Both the position numbers and the translations under genes were made by a program. This document shows, one piece after another, positions 63,911 to 64,000 of a DNA stretch of 64,000 bases (within the stretch, counting starts at the first letter, position 1; every line of letters begins with the position of its first letter). The stretch comes from Chiloscyllium plagiosum (lineage: Eukaryota). The stretch covers positions 4,509,237 through 4,573,236 of the forward strand of contig NC_057748.1 of NCBI RefSeq assembly GCF_004010195.1, read 5' to 3'. The notes under the pieces are model-generated. The model was not told where the DNA came from and did not search any database. It saw only the letters and a list, made by a program, of their open reading frames with translations.

Positions 63911-64000
63911 CTGCAAGTGGAGATAAAGTGGGAAGCAAATCTCAATCTCATTAATGGTTCAATCAGAAAGTGACCCATCCCACCATTTCAATTCACTTCC

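Overview
Vertebrate (most likely elasmobranch/shark) genomic DNA, inferred from HE1-type SINEs and CR1 and Penelope repeats, with four assembly gaps. The left ~14.9 kb is repeat-rich. It contains the minus-strand terminal coding exon of an R3-subtype receptor tyrosine phosphatase (PTPRH-like, 14176-14319), which is missing from the ORF track in this frame. From ~15.4 kb to the window end lies a head-to-tail minus-strand array of at least seven four-exon H/M-type ferritin units spaced ~7-8 kb apart. A, D, E and F have intact 173-aa reading frames, G runs off the window, and B and C are pseudogenes. The promoters have a TATA-like box only ~60-75 bp from the ATG and no visible iron-responsive element, but carry conserved CCAAT and ARE-like motifs. 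Exons are homogenised far more than introns, and shared TE insertions suggest a ~21.5-kb higher-order duplication. Also present: palindromic Penelope-derived elements carrying minimal hammerhead-ribozyme cores, a truncated Gmr1-like Gypsy element, Tx1-like LINE ends, satellites and a perfect RFX X-box.
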